Origin: Lama guanicoe
Lineage: Eukaryota
Assembly (NCBI GenBank): GCA_013239625.1
Contig: MU053482.1
Span: 62,001-126,000 of the forward strand
Reading direction: 5' to 3'
Length of the DNA stretch: 64,000 nt
The number at the start of each line of letters is the position of its first letter. The first letter of the stretch is position 1. The notes beneath the pieces are model-generated. The model was not told the origin of the DNA. It saw only the letters and a list, made by a program, of their open reading frames with translations, and ran no database searches. A program made the translations under genes and the position numbers. Positions 24,550 to 37,503 of the stretch are shown piece by piece.

Positions 24550-26400
24550 TGAATTAGTCAACACAACTAAAGTTAGTTTCTCCAACACAGATATCACAGT
24601 AACTTAATGCAATAAAAGTTTACTTCTCATCCACATACCTTTCCAATTCATGCAGGCTTTGTTTCATGTCGACATTTAGGGACCCATGCTTCTTTCATTA
24701 ATTGGATCCTTCATGTTCTAGCCCCTTAGTGACTGCCACTGATGCTTCTGAATCCGACACGCAAGAGGAGGGAGAGCGTGTGCAAGATCTTGCAGGATGT
24801 TTTAGGGGCCAATCTGGGAAAGATTTACATCATTTTCTCTATCATTCCATTGGCCAGAGTCATCACATAAATCTAGCTGTAGAGACCAGGTGACTAAATA
24901 TTTATTTCTTGAGAGAAATGATATAAGAGAGACTCTCTTACATAACACATAATTAACCTCTTCCCAACTGAGGCCACTTGCAGTCTCATCTGGGCACTGT
25001 ATGCAGCACAGAGTCCAAGATCTCCAGGAGTGTGTAATCATCTCCATCAGGTCCTGATGTGGTTCCTTTTGGACCAGTCATCTTCCTCCTCCCACCACAC
25101 ATTTAATGGTGGAGCAGAAACTGGGTGCCAGCCATAAAGATTCCCAATTGAAGTTTACCATGAAGTATATTTAGCAGGAACATCTCAGTGGTAGTGCAGG
25201 AATACTTTGGGGACGGGCATTGCAATATTTTTATCTCTTGACAATCAGGTAAGTTCCCTAACTAGACAGTGATTCTGTTCTCTGGAAGAATCTCTTCTGA
25301 GTCTGTTATCTATGTCCCCTTGTTCTGCCTTTGTGGGATTTTGCCTTCTTCAATGTCCCCTATTGCCTTACATGACACAGGCATTATGACTTCTTTTGCA
25401 GATACTGCATTCTGAGACTGCTTCATGTCTGTAAAATATTAAACACAATAATTGTTTTAGATTTTAATCAAAAGCTTTTTTAAAAGCCTAGCTCATGTTT
25501 CTTTGGCAATGAATCCCCTCAAAAACTTAACAAAGATTTTCTTAGGTATAAGTTAAAATTCTCTTTTTTTACTTCTTTCCCCTCTCCCCATGCCACTCCC
25601 TTTCTACATAATGATGTCTATGTAACGCTATCAGACTTGGGTAGGACAGCTATACACATAATGTAGTCTCTTCTTAGAACTGGTTACTAGGAGTTTTTGC
25701 TGTTCAAAAGCATTCTAAATATTTCTCTTAACCTTTGACTTCCCAAGTGGTAGGAAAATTCTTCAATACTTTATGGGCTTTCTCTATGATGATTAACTTC
25801 TGCTTGAAAACCAGCTAATTTTCTGATAAACTTATCTATTACTAAGAATAACTTGTCAAACAAAATCAACAATTACAAACACACATTATTATTTTTGAAT
25901 TCTTCCAACCTTTTCCCTAAGAGTTATCATTTAGTAGATATGTCAACTTTTCTTGTTATATGATCTTTCTAGCATTAGATGTCAATTTTTGCATTGTCTG
26001 CAGTCTTAGGATAACCAGCCAGCTGTCAAAACAAACAATTCCAATTTGTCAGTGGTTTAACACAATATCATTTTATTGTTTGATGACATCCAGCCCACTG
26101 CATGTGGAAGGGGACATTCTCCTCCATGCAGTCATTCAGGGTCCTAGCCTCCTCCACTGTGTGGTTCTACCATTTCCTATAGTTTCATGTCTTTAGGTGG
26201 ATTATCTGCAACTATCCAGAGAAGGAGGAAAAGACAGAGTATAGAGGACATCAAGGAGGTTGTAAAAAGCATGCCATTTCCTTGGCCAGATTTAGTCTTT
26301 TAGCCCTACCCAACTGCAGGTATACCTGGAAAATGTAAATTTACTTGTGTTTAGGAGGAAAAAGAACTCGTTTGGAAAACTTACTCTTGTTTCTGTCATT
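24550..26400 (-). mobile_element. Degenerate MaLR (MLT1K/L-like) LTR-internal-LTR relic
   Basis: Two related MLT1-like blocks (~24550-24910 and ~25995-26400; both carry an AGGG(A/T)CC motif and TTGGCCAGA) flank MLT1-int-like sequence (CTCCATCAGGTCCTGATGTGGTTCCT). Confidence 0.55.
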
Positions 26401-28314
26401 TATATACATTTAATGTCAAGCTGAAATCCAACGTGTGCAGTGGGAAGGGTGAGAAGAGGTAGGGGAACCTCTGGAGACTTCTGTGGCTCTCCTGGTCTCC
26501 CTGAGACACTGTCTACCCTAGAGCCTGATCTACCTCTTGTTTGCCTCCTCCAGATGCTTTATTAAGTAATTCATCATGTTTTATTTTAGACTCATAAGAG
26601 AGAGAAGCAAAGGGACACTTTAAGTCCCTTCCATGTTTTCCACATCATCTATGGTAGGAAGGAAGGGAAGGCACTGGGTGGAGTATTGGAAGCTCATCTC
26701 AGGAATAGTTCAGGGAATGGGCTGCAGGGATTTGAATCCCTCCCCAGATCCAGTCCTGAGGCCAGGACTGTCCAAACATATTCCTGTAACCTGCCTTGCC
26801 ATTCTGCTACAATGACAGCAGGAGTCCAGTATGCAGTTCAATCACTGATTTTCTGCTCAGCCTTTGAGTTTATATAGTATTTGTCTGTCAGGAGACACTG
26901 TCGATGGGACATAGTTGGGAAGGGGGACTAGAAGAGACAATATTCTAGGAAAGAACAGACCTTGGTGAATTTCCTCAACAAAGTCACTGAATTTATTGCC
27001 TTTACTTGGCTGTCTATAACAGAATTAAGAACTGTGTCCTGTTTGAGAAAGAGGCTGAGAGTTTCCTTAGACCTATGCTTACTCCTGTAAAAGTAAATAT
27101 TGATTTGTCTGTAGACTGAGCCAGAAGAGAGATATTTATAGGTCCATGTGTTTTGCCTCCTCACAGCTGATGTGAGAGCTGTCTCTGTGACTTCCCAGGG
27201 ATGCTACTAACTTAAGAGAAGTCCAAGGATCTCTGTGCACTACATTTATCCAGCCAATTGGTATCAGCTAGAAGATATCTCTGAGATATTTTTTTCTTGT
27301 TGTGGGGTAAATACTGCCTTTCTTAGTATTATCACTTCACTTTCTTTTTGCACCAAAAGTCTTTTGTTATAGCCAAATGGATTGCATAGTTCACCAAATA
27401 ATAAACATGTTACAATGATCACCAAGTCTTCTTCTTCCTAGTCTTCACAGAATGATGGATTAGTCAGTGTGTCTTATGCTCTTGAGAAAGAGCCTTTTGA
27501 CACTTTTAGTGTAAAGAGACTTGGATTTTAAGTTTGGATGTCACATTTAGTATCCTGGCTAGGTTATTGTCAGCTGTATGCATTGAGTGATTAATTTAAA
27601 CCATCCATATTTCAGTTTCATTGTCTCAGCCACTGATAAGAGCAATTATGTCACTGATTTTCAATTATTCAGTTATATATGTACATAAAAACATTAACTA
27701 TAACCACTCAATGTCTTTTTTCTTTCTTCTTCCTTATAGGCTGCTTTCCTCTTTTCTTCCCTCTCTGCCTTCTTCTTCTCTTCTTTTTGTTTTTTTCTTA
27801 GCTTCTTTTTTCTCTATGCCACACATGTTCTCCTTTATCCTCTCCTTCATTCTGTTCTTTTTGTAAGAGACTCAGGTAAAATTTTCTGTTCTAGACTGTG
27901 ACCCCAGGACTATCTCAGTCTTTCCATAATCTCTTCCTCCACAGTGAGTCACCATTGTCACATATTTTCAAGATCAATCAGTTACTTTGGGTAATCTCAG
28001 TATGTGTTTTGAACTCAGGTAACCAGCTTATTTGTCTAGCTGGATCTAGAAGGAGAGAAAATAGTTACATGAACAGAGCTAACAACATTTTAGAGTACAA
28101 ACATTTGTTATTTGCTATCATTTTCTCATGTTCCATATTGAAAGTTTATTCCATACCACTAAGTGAATAAAGGAGTCCTGTTCTCCCCGTAAAGAACATT
28201 TCCAACTTCCACTTCATAGTAGTCCACATAACCTGAAAAATCCTCTTGCTGCTATATAACAAAGTAAAACATAATAAACCTCCTCTGAAATGCATGTTTA
28301 AAATAAAGTAAGGA

Positions 28315-31247
28315 GAGCACAAATGAGCAAAATAAGAAAGGATAATGAAGAAATTACAACAAATAAAGTAGCAATACAGAATATCATACGAGAATATTAT
28401 GAAAAACTATATGGAACCAAACTGGATAACCTAGAGGAGATGGACAAGTTTCTGGAAACATACTGTCCACCAAGACTAAATCAAGAAGAAACTGACCACT
28501 TGAACAAACCAATCACTAGAAATGAAATCAAAATAGCAATAAAAAACCTCCTTACAAAATAAAAGTCCAGGACTGGATAGCTTCACTGGGGAATTCTACC
28601 AAACATACAAAGAAGAACTCATACCAGTCCTTCTCAAACCCTTCCAGAAGACTGAAAAGGAGGGAATACTCCCAAACTCATTCTATGAAGCCACCATCAC
28701 CCTGATACCAAAACCAGGCAAAGACACTATCAAAAAAGAGAATTATAGGCCAATATCACTGATGAACATAGACGCCAAAACCCTCACCAAAATATTAGCA
28801 AACAGAATCCAACAACACATAAAAAAGATTATACATCATGACCAAGTGGTGTTCATCCCAGGGACACAAGGGTGGTTCAACATATGCAAATCAATCAACG
28901 TAATACATCAACAAGAGAAAGCACAAAGATTATATGATCATCTCAATCAAAGCAGAAAAAGCAATTGATAAAATTCAACACCCATTTATGATTAAAAACT
29001 CTCACCAAAGTGGGTATAGAGGGGACATATCTCAACATAATAAAAGCTATATATGACAAACCTACAGCCAGGATAGTACTCAATGGTGAAAAACTCAAAA
29101 GCTTCCCACTAAAATCTGGGACAAGACAAGGATGCCCACTATCACCACTCCTATTCAACACAGTCTTGGAAGTCCTAGCCACAGCAATCAGACAAGAGAG
29201 AAAAATAAAAGGGATCCAAATTGGAGAAGAAGAGGTGAAAGTGTCACTATATGCTGATGACATGTTACTATACATAGAAAACCCTAAAAGGTCCACACAG
29301 AAACTACTAGAGCTGATCGAAGAATTCAGCAAGGTAGCAGGTTACAAGATTAATGTTCAAAAATCAGTTGCAATTCTTTACACTAATGATGAATCAACAG
29401 AAGAAAGTAAAGAAACAATCCCCTTTAAAATAGCACCCAAAGTAATAAAATACCTAGGAGTAAATCTAACCAAAGAGGTGAAAGAATTATACACAGAAAA
29501 CTATAAACCACTGATGAAGAAAATTAAAGAAGACTTTAAAAAATGGAAAGATATCCCATGCTCTTGGATTGGAAGAATCAATATTGTTAAAATGGTCACA
29601 TTGCCCAAGGCAATCTATAGATTTAATGCAATCTCTATCAAATTATCCAGGACATATTTCACAGAACTAGAACAAATCATAATAAAATTTACATGGAACC
29701 ACAAAAGAACTAGAATTGCCAAAACATTACTGAAGAGAAAGAAAGGTGGGAGGAATAACTCTCCCAGACTTCAGACAATACTATAGAACTATAGTCATCA
29801 AGACAGCATGGTATTGGTACAAAAACAGACATATGGACCAACTGAACAGAATAGAGAGCCCAGAAATGAACCCACAAACTTTTGGTCAACTAATCTTTGA
29901 CAAAGGAGGCAAGAATAAAGACAGTCTCTTCAGCAAATGGTGTTGGGAAAACTGGATGGCAGCATGTAAATCAATGAAGCTAGAACACTCTCTTACACCG
30001 TACACAAAAATAAACTCAAAATGGATCAAAGATTTAAACATAAGACAAGACACAATAAACCTCCTAGAGAAAACCACAGGCAAAACATTATCTCATATAC
30101 ATCTCAAAAATGTTCTCCTAGAAGAAATAAAAGCAAGAATAAACAAATGGGACCTAATGAAACTTACAAGCTTCTGCATAGCAAAGGAAACCATATGTAA
30201 AACAAAAAGACAACCTAGAGAATGGGAAAAAATTTTTGCAAATGAAACCGACCAAGGCTTAATCTCCAGAATATATAAGCAGCTCATACGACTTTATAAG
30301 AAAAAAATTAACAACCCAATCCAAAAATGGGCAAAAGACCTAAACAAACAATTCTCCAAGGAAGACATACAAATGATCAATAGGCACATGAAAAAATGCT
30401 CAATATCACTAATATCAGAGAAATGCAAATCAAAACTACAATGAGGTATCACCTCACACCAGTCAGAATGGCCGTCATTCAAAAGTCCACAAATGACAAA
30501 TGCTGGAGAGGCTGTGGAGAAATGGAAACCCTTCTTCACTGCTGGTGGGAATGCAGTTTGGTGCAGCCACTGTGGAAAACAGTATGGAGATGCCTCAAAA
30601 GACTAGGAATAGACTTACCATGTGACCCAGGAATCCCACTCCTGGGCATATATCCAGAAGGAACCCTACTTCAGGATGACACCTGCACCCCAATGTTCAT
30701 AGCAGCATTATTTACAATAGCCAAGACACGGAAACAGCCTAAATGTCCATCAACAGATGACTGGATAAAGAAGAAGTGGTATATTTATACAGTGGAATAC
30801 TACTCAGCCATAAAAACTGACAACATAACGCCATTTGCAGCAACATGGATGCTCGTGGAGAATGTCATTCTAAGTGAAGTAAGCCAGAAAGAGAAAGAAA
30901 AATACCATATGAGATCGCTCATATGTGGAATCTAAAAACAAAAACACAAACGAAGCATAAATACAAAACAGAAATATACTCAGACACAGAATACAAACTT
31001 GTGGTTGCCAAGGGGGCGGGGGGTGGGAAGAGATATACTAGGATTTCAAAATTGTAGAATAGATAAACAAAATTATACTGGTATAGCACAGGGAAATATA
31101 TACAAGATCTTAAGGTAGCTCACAGAGAAAACCATGTGACAATGAATATATATATGTTCACATATAACTGAAAAATTGTGCTCGACATTGGAATTTGACA
31201 CAACATTGTACAATGATTATAAATCAATAAAAAATGTTAAAAAAAAT
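28315..31247 (+). mobile_element. 5'-truncated young LINE-1 (ORF2 RT domain to 3' end), inactivated, 15-bp TSD
   Basis: ORF2 fragments include [14 protein letters not shown] and the CCHC knuckle CWRGC..HCWWEC, broken by stops and frameshifts. G-rich 3'UTR, AATAAA and A-tail. TSD AAAATAAAGTAAGGA at 28300-28314 and 31248-31262 with a TTT/AAAA endonuclease site. Confidence 0.97.
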
Positions 31248-31689
31248 AAAATAAAGTAAGGAAATTTGATAGTCATTAAAAAGAATGGGAGATGAAAATA
31301 AGGCCATTGAATCTATGGCTGTAATGGGAATATTCATTAGTTTCTACAAAAAAAGGGTTTTCATTTTATATCATCATATAAAGAGAACACAAAATTTTGA
31401 TACTCACAAGGGTAGGAGATAGAATTAAGACACACATGTGCCCAAAGTATCAGAGATTTTGAAGGGCCTTAACCTAAGTGAAGGGACAGATAAGAATCAC
31501 ACACGCACATAAAAACACTAGAATACAGACACATTTTGTCCTGAACTTACTTTAGAGAGAATAAGTCAAGTTTCCCTCAATTAGGTTTGATTTAGAATTT
31601 ACACAGTGTGGCATGAGAAAGCCCAAGTGGAGAAATTAACGTGTAAATTGTTCTCAGCATGATCTTAAGTGATCCCACAAAAACAGATC

Positions 31690-32345
31690 TGTTGATCCTG
31701 AGCTCACAATCCAAAATTACAAAACATATGCAAGAATCAGCATAATTAAAATAAGAACTTTGAAAAATGGGGTTTTAAGACATTTATAACAGTTATGTTT
31801 AAAATGGTTAGAGAAACAAAAGATGGAGTCAAAAAATATGAGAAAGGAGCATTAACCCAAGAAAACCAGGTATATTTGAAAAAATAACAACTATACCTTC
31901 TGAAAAATCTAAGAAGTATAAGTCACTGGTATAAACCAAAGAGTAACAGATTACAAAAGGTTGACAGAGCTGAGTTGAGAATTAGTAAAATGCAGCTAAA
32001 ATTGAAGAGCTTAATCTGAAAGCAGTGCAATTTGAAAGAGAATGGAATGTGAAAAGATAAAAAGAGTTGAAAAAGAAGACCCAATATACACCAAACTGGA
32101 TTGACACAAAAGAATACAGAAAATGAATGGTGGGGGAATATTCAAAGGGATAATGGCTGAATTATCTTAAGATTCAAGAAGTTTAACTAACTATATACAA
32201 GATACTTTTTTAAAATTATTCTCATTTACTAAAACCTTAAAGAAAAAAAGCTCTAAATAGAGCCAGAGAGATGATACATTACCTACAAAGGAACAGCAAT
32301 TTGACTGACAGTATACTTCTCAAAAGCAATAATAGATATCTGAAA
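31690..32345 (+). mobile_element. Ancient L1ME/HAL1 ORF1-like relic
   Basis: CACAATCCAAAATTACAAAACATATG...AATATTCAAAGGGATAATGGCTGAAT...ACCTACAAAGGAACAGCAATTTGACTGACAG. Confidence 0.5.
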
Positions 32346-32849
32346 TCTGTGGGAATACATATATGTATATATATGACATTATATATATGAGTATGCATGT
32401 ATATATAATTATATATTATATGTTGTTTAGAAAACATACACATTCTATGTATCATATATATTATATATTATTCAATTAATACGTGTATAAAATTTTGTCA
32501 ATATTCAAATTTTTATCCAGCTAAATTGTCACTTTTAAAAGACTGCTTAAATTAATAAAATAGAAACATTTTTAAAAGCACTGAAGAGTTAGGAAAGAAA
32601 GGTTAAAAATCTAGGAGAAGGTTAAAAACTGAGACATAAATCCAGGATTGAAAGTTACTTCTCCTCTGAGAACATTTGCCAATCCTGAAGAAATCAGTAT
32701 GAAATGGAGCAAAAATTTGGCAATTCCCTGGCATGAAGAGACAGAATTCAAAGGCTGGGGCTCATTAAAAATAGAGTCTGATAACTGTCCTCCCACACAC
32801 ACATTTTAAACTGGAAACTTGGGATGTACTCCCATAACAAGGTTGAACT

Positions 32850-32992
32850 GAAGTTCTCAGTCTTTGTGTTAACTGGTAGCTCTTAACTTGAATACATCTA
32901 CAGAGATCCTATTTCTAGATAAGGTCACATTCACAGGTAAATGGGGGTTAGGACTTAACATATCTTTGGGGGGACACATTTTAACCCATAAC
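32850..32992 (-). mobile_element. MLT1A/B/C-type MaLR LTR fragment
   Basis: TAAGGTCACATTCACAGGT...GGGGGTTAGGACTT..CATATCTTTGGGGGGACACA..AACCCATAACA. Confidence 0.75.
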
Positions 32993-33131
32993 ATGTAGCT
33001 TTTGATTCCTCATCAGGAATTGTTAATTACAGTTGTTGACTATAATCATATGTATTTCATTAGGTTGTTATGAGGATTAAATAAGATATCAGTTAATAGT
33101 TGTAATAATACAACACATTAAGAATTCTGAA

Positions 33132-33177
<46 letters not shown>

Positions 33178-33190
33178 ATTATTATTATTA
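33132..33190 (+). repeat. (GAT)n(TAT)n compound trinucleotide microsatellite at a MIR tail
   Basis: Directly visible; preceded by MIR-like GGTTGTTATGAGGATTAAATAAGATA. Confidence 0.9.
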
Positions 33191-36100
33191 CTAGTGTAAT
33201 CCTTGGTATGATTATATGTTAAGTTTTGGTCACCTCTCTAAGATGGTAGAAACCATACTTTTATGTACTGTATTTTTAACATGTGGTATAGTTTTTTGGA
33301 CAAAGTAGGGTCAAAATGCTTGTCACTAAGAATATAAGTAAATGTATCCCTGTAACTAACAAGTCTGTGTTGGAAGGTTGAGTAATCCCATATTTCAGGT
33401 GAGGAAATTGTGGTTCTGACAGCTTATGAAGGTTGGCCAAGGAGAAGCAACCAGGAAATAGTGAAATAAGGGTTCAAACTTAAGCCTCCAGTTTTCCCTT
33501 CCTGACATCCTCATGATCTGAGAATGGAGAGGGATTATTCATTTATAAGAAACTGAGGACCCGGATGTTTTGCCCAGAGTAAATGGCATTTGCTCAGCAA
33601 CATACTTTAATTGAACAATGACTCATTCATGAAATGCCTTTCTTAAATAGCATGTCAATCAACTCAGTTTGATACTGTCCAGGTCCTTGTTGCTTCTCCC
33701 AGCATTTCTGTGTATCAAGGTGGAGGTAGGTACAAAAGAGGAGGTAGTGCATGAAGGGAATGCGATTGTGTTCCATCTACATGTCTGCCCTGATGCCTCC
33801 TTCTGCAGAAATTGTAGGCAGGAAGTGTGAGACCTAGAACCAGATTCCACTCATTCTCCTCTCTGTGATTCCTGTGCCCAGAGCCTAAAGGATCCTATGT
33901 TTAGCCTGAATGTCCCTACCCTAAGAAGCATCTTGAGACCTTCACAACAGAGGCTATTCTCTAGGTCCTACTGGGCATCCATTCGGAGTGGTAGCTGAAC
34001 AGGTTCCAGATGAACCAGTACTAAGTGTTGCTCTGTAGAAAGTGAGTATTGTTAACAGCTGCATTTTTCTGCCACTAAACTTAGGAAAAAGAGTTTAGAC
34101 AAAGAATATCCAAGAAAGTAAAAAACTGGACATGAGATCACACATGAAAACAGGGCCACTCCCGGAGATTTTCTTGGACCTAGACCAGTTAGTGTCCCAT
34201 TGCATGAGATGGGATCACAGGGAAGTGCCTTCTGCCCTGACAGTTGCCCATGGTCCATGGACTCTTGAGGTTCAGGCTCCTTTGATGCTTAGGATGTTCC
34301 TCTGCCACCTCCCTCCACAGACTTATAATGCTGTGGATATTTTATTCAGTTCCTTCCCCTCAGCTATAGCCATAGAAATTTTTCCTAAGAAGACTCTCAT
34401 CACTCAGTTTCTTTAACCTTCTTTTTTGGGGGCTCTTTTTCTTTATTTAGACTCCCCAAGAGTCTTGATCTCTCTTGCCCTCACTCTATTCACAATGCTG
34501 AATTAAGCCTTTTATAATATACTCTCCTGAGAAATAGACAAAAGGGCCTCAGGGTCCAGGTGTCAACAAGGGCACAAACTCCTATGAACAATGGGGACGG
34601 AAGGGGCATAGTGGAGACAGAGTCCATAAAATCAGCCTCCACAGTCTTTGGAGGGACCAGTTGAGGTACCTTTTTCAATAGCCAGAAACAGCAGCAGTGC
34701 AAACTTCTGAAGCTGGTAAGTCTCAAGTTGGAGCCAAGAAAATTGTGAGGAAAGGGACCATGAGGATAGGAGGAGAGTCCAGGAGGGGTTGGGAAAGGAG
34801 ATGAAACTTTTTCAGTGGGGTCTAGTGTAGATGCTGACCCTGCAAAGACAGTTAGATCCTGGTACAACAGTGAGAGGCAGCTGTTATTTCACTTGAGCTG
34901 GGGCTGAGTCACTCTGTGGCCATACAAGGTTTGTGAGCCCCAAACTTCTCGAAGCTCAAAGACCCCCACCCATATCACGGCTAAGAGGCCAAGCCTCCCC
35001 ACAACAATACCTGATGCTAAATATCATTTATCTATTTTATAAATGAGAAAACTCAGTGTCATAGAGTTTACATAGCTGTCAGTGTCATGCAGTGAGTATA
35101 AGAGCCAGACTTGGAATTCATTTCCATCTAAGGCTAACTTTTCAACCATAGCACATTGCTTCATTCATCTGTACTTTTGTCTCTTTCCCAGTGGTTTTGT
35201 AAGATCATTTTTATTAGAGCTACAATTATACTGTGTCATAGAAGTTCAATTTCTTCTATTGATTACGCTCTCAGAAGCTAACAGTTTTTACTTAATCCAT
35301 GTTATACATTTGTGTACCTAACAAGACCAAATACTGAGGATGTGCTATTCTCTTGCTTTTTCAAGTATTTTCAGTCACTCTGGTGATCCAGAACTGAGGT
35401 TATTGGAAAGGAGAAGCCTTTTCAGAAAAGGTGAGTATCTTTTCTATCCTTATTTCTCTGATTCACACTGGGGATAACTTTTGGATCACAAATGGAAATA
35501 CATGACAGAGCTGATACATAATTGTCCCCACCCCTGAATCCTTGGCTTCTTAAAGCCCTACAACGAGTAGAAAGCTGTGTTTGTGTGTTTATTGTATAAG
35601 CTGTATTTAAGTCCTTGATCAAGTCAAAAACCTCCATTTCCTTCTCTGACATCTTGCACACACTTCACCCTCCTAGAAGAGGCTGGTCAGGCAGGACATA
35701 TGAGCAGCACCTGTAATTCCAACTCTACTGATTAGATGCCTCCTGGGATCCTGCTCTCATCCTGCCATGATTCCCTGGTTCTTTTCTATTTGGGACTGTT
35801 ACAGCCATTACTGTCACCCTTCTTAGGGTGCCTGGCCACTCTGTTCCTTGTTTAGTAGTGAGGGAGATAAGACAGTAGCCAATGAGAGAAACAGCTAGAA
35901 TCACAGCAGACGAGCTTAAGGAACATAGATTTCATACATTTGGATAACTGGATCCTGGACTCAAGGAATCACAGATAATTTTACTTACCAGGTAAATGTA
36001 CTCCTATTTAGGTTCATGTGCCTCAAACTCATTCACTAGCTACTGTCTTTTCTACCTTTTGTGAACCTCAACTATTTTGAATACTGTTCTTAAAGACAAG

Positions 36101-36561
36101 TAGTTTTAATCCTTAAAGATGTCTCTTATGAGAGAATTATGGTTCATTTTGCATCTTTGAAATGTTCTATCTCCTTTAGAAATCCCTGACTAAGTGAAAT
36201 TAATACAATAAAGGGGCTCTCTAATTTTGATCAAACTACTCAGACCCACTTTGCCTGTTTCCTTTCATTATCTGTGAAAATATGATAATAATATTATTTA
36301 CTCTTCAGTGTTTTTAAAAGGAGAAAGTGAGATAATGAATATGAAGTATTCAGCATAGTGCCCAGCACATGAAAAGTGTTCAGTTAAATGTCAACAATGA
36401 TTAGTGATGATGATGATGATTTGAAAACATCATTGGGACAAGTTAAAAGCCTCAGTGGAAACCCAAGTTCTACTACATCTATAACACATACTGTCCGTGG
36501 TGATATAATCTGTTCCACATTTTAAGGACTCTGGATTTCCAGCGTGATCAGAATACTTTAC

Positions 36562-37503
36562 ATGGCATCACCCAGCAACTACTCCTCTGCTCCTGTCTCC
36601 GAATTCCTCCTCATTTGCTTCCCTAACTACCAGAGTTGGCAGCACTGGCTGTCCCTGCCCCTCAGCCTTCTCTTCCTCCTGGCCATGGGGGCCAATGCCA
36701 CCCTCCTGATCACCATCCGGTTGGAGGCCTCTCTGCACGAGCCCATGTACTACCTGCTCAGCCTCCTCTCCCTGCTGGACATGGTGCTCTGTCTCACCGT
36801 CATCCCCAAGGTCCTGGCCATCTTCTTGTTTAACCTCAGGTCCATCAACTTCTCAGCCTGCTTCCTCCAGATGTTCATCATGAATTGCTTCCTTGCCATG
36901 GAGTCCTGCACATTCATGGTCATGGCCTATGACCGCTATGTGGCCATCTGCCACCCACTGAGGTACCCATCCATCATCACTGATCAGTTTGTAGCTAGGG
37001 CAGCCATGTTTGTTGTGGCCCGGAATGGCCTCTTTTTTCTTCCTGTTCCAATCCTTTCTGCCAGGCTCAGATACTGTGCAGAGAACATCATCAAGAACTG
37101 CATCTGCACTAACCTTTCTGTGTCCTAGCTCTCCTGTGACGACATCACTTTCAATCAGCTCTACCAGTTTGTGGCCGGCTGGACCCTACTAGGCTCTGAC
37201 CTCATCCTTATTGTTATTTCCTACTCCTTTATTCTGAAAGTTGTGCTGAGGATCAAAGCTGAAGGTGCCGCGGCCAAGGCCCTGAGCACCTGTAGCTCCC
37301 ACTTCATCCTCATCCTATTCTTCAGCACAGTCCTGCTGGTTCTGGTCATCACTAACTTGGCCAGGAAGAGAATTCTCCCAGATGTCCCCATCCTGCTCAA
37401 CATCCTGCACCACCTCATCCCCCCAGCTCTGAACCCCATTGTTTATGGTGTGAGAACCAAGGAGATCAAGCAGGGAATCCAGAAGCTACTGAGGAGGTTG
37501 TAG
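36562..37503 (+). pseudogene. OR56A4: Olfactory receptor 56A4-like with a single in-frame nonsense codon (codon 189, TAG at 37126-37128)
   Basis: The two ORF-track pieces are in the same frame and join into a 313-codon OR56A: EFLLICFP, MAYDRYVAICHPLRY, NCIC..SVS*LSCDD, KALSTCSSH, PPALNPIVYGVRTKEIK. True ATG is 36562; 36544 is GTG. Paralog assignment is uncertain. Confidence 0.88.

Noticed and set aside
28323..30935. Reverse transcriptase ORFs as a novel or active RT system
   Set aside because: Standard L1 ORF2, 5'-truncated (no endonuclease domain, no ORF1) and fragmented.
33660..33850. Possible decayed OR fragment on the minus strand
   Set aside because: No consecutive OR motifs can be recovered; the resemblance is too weak without tblastn.
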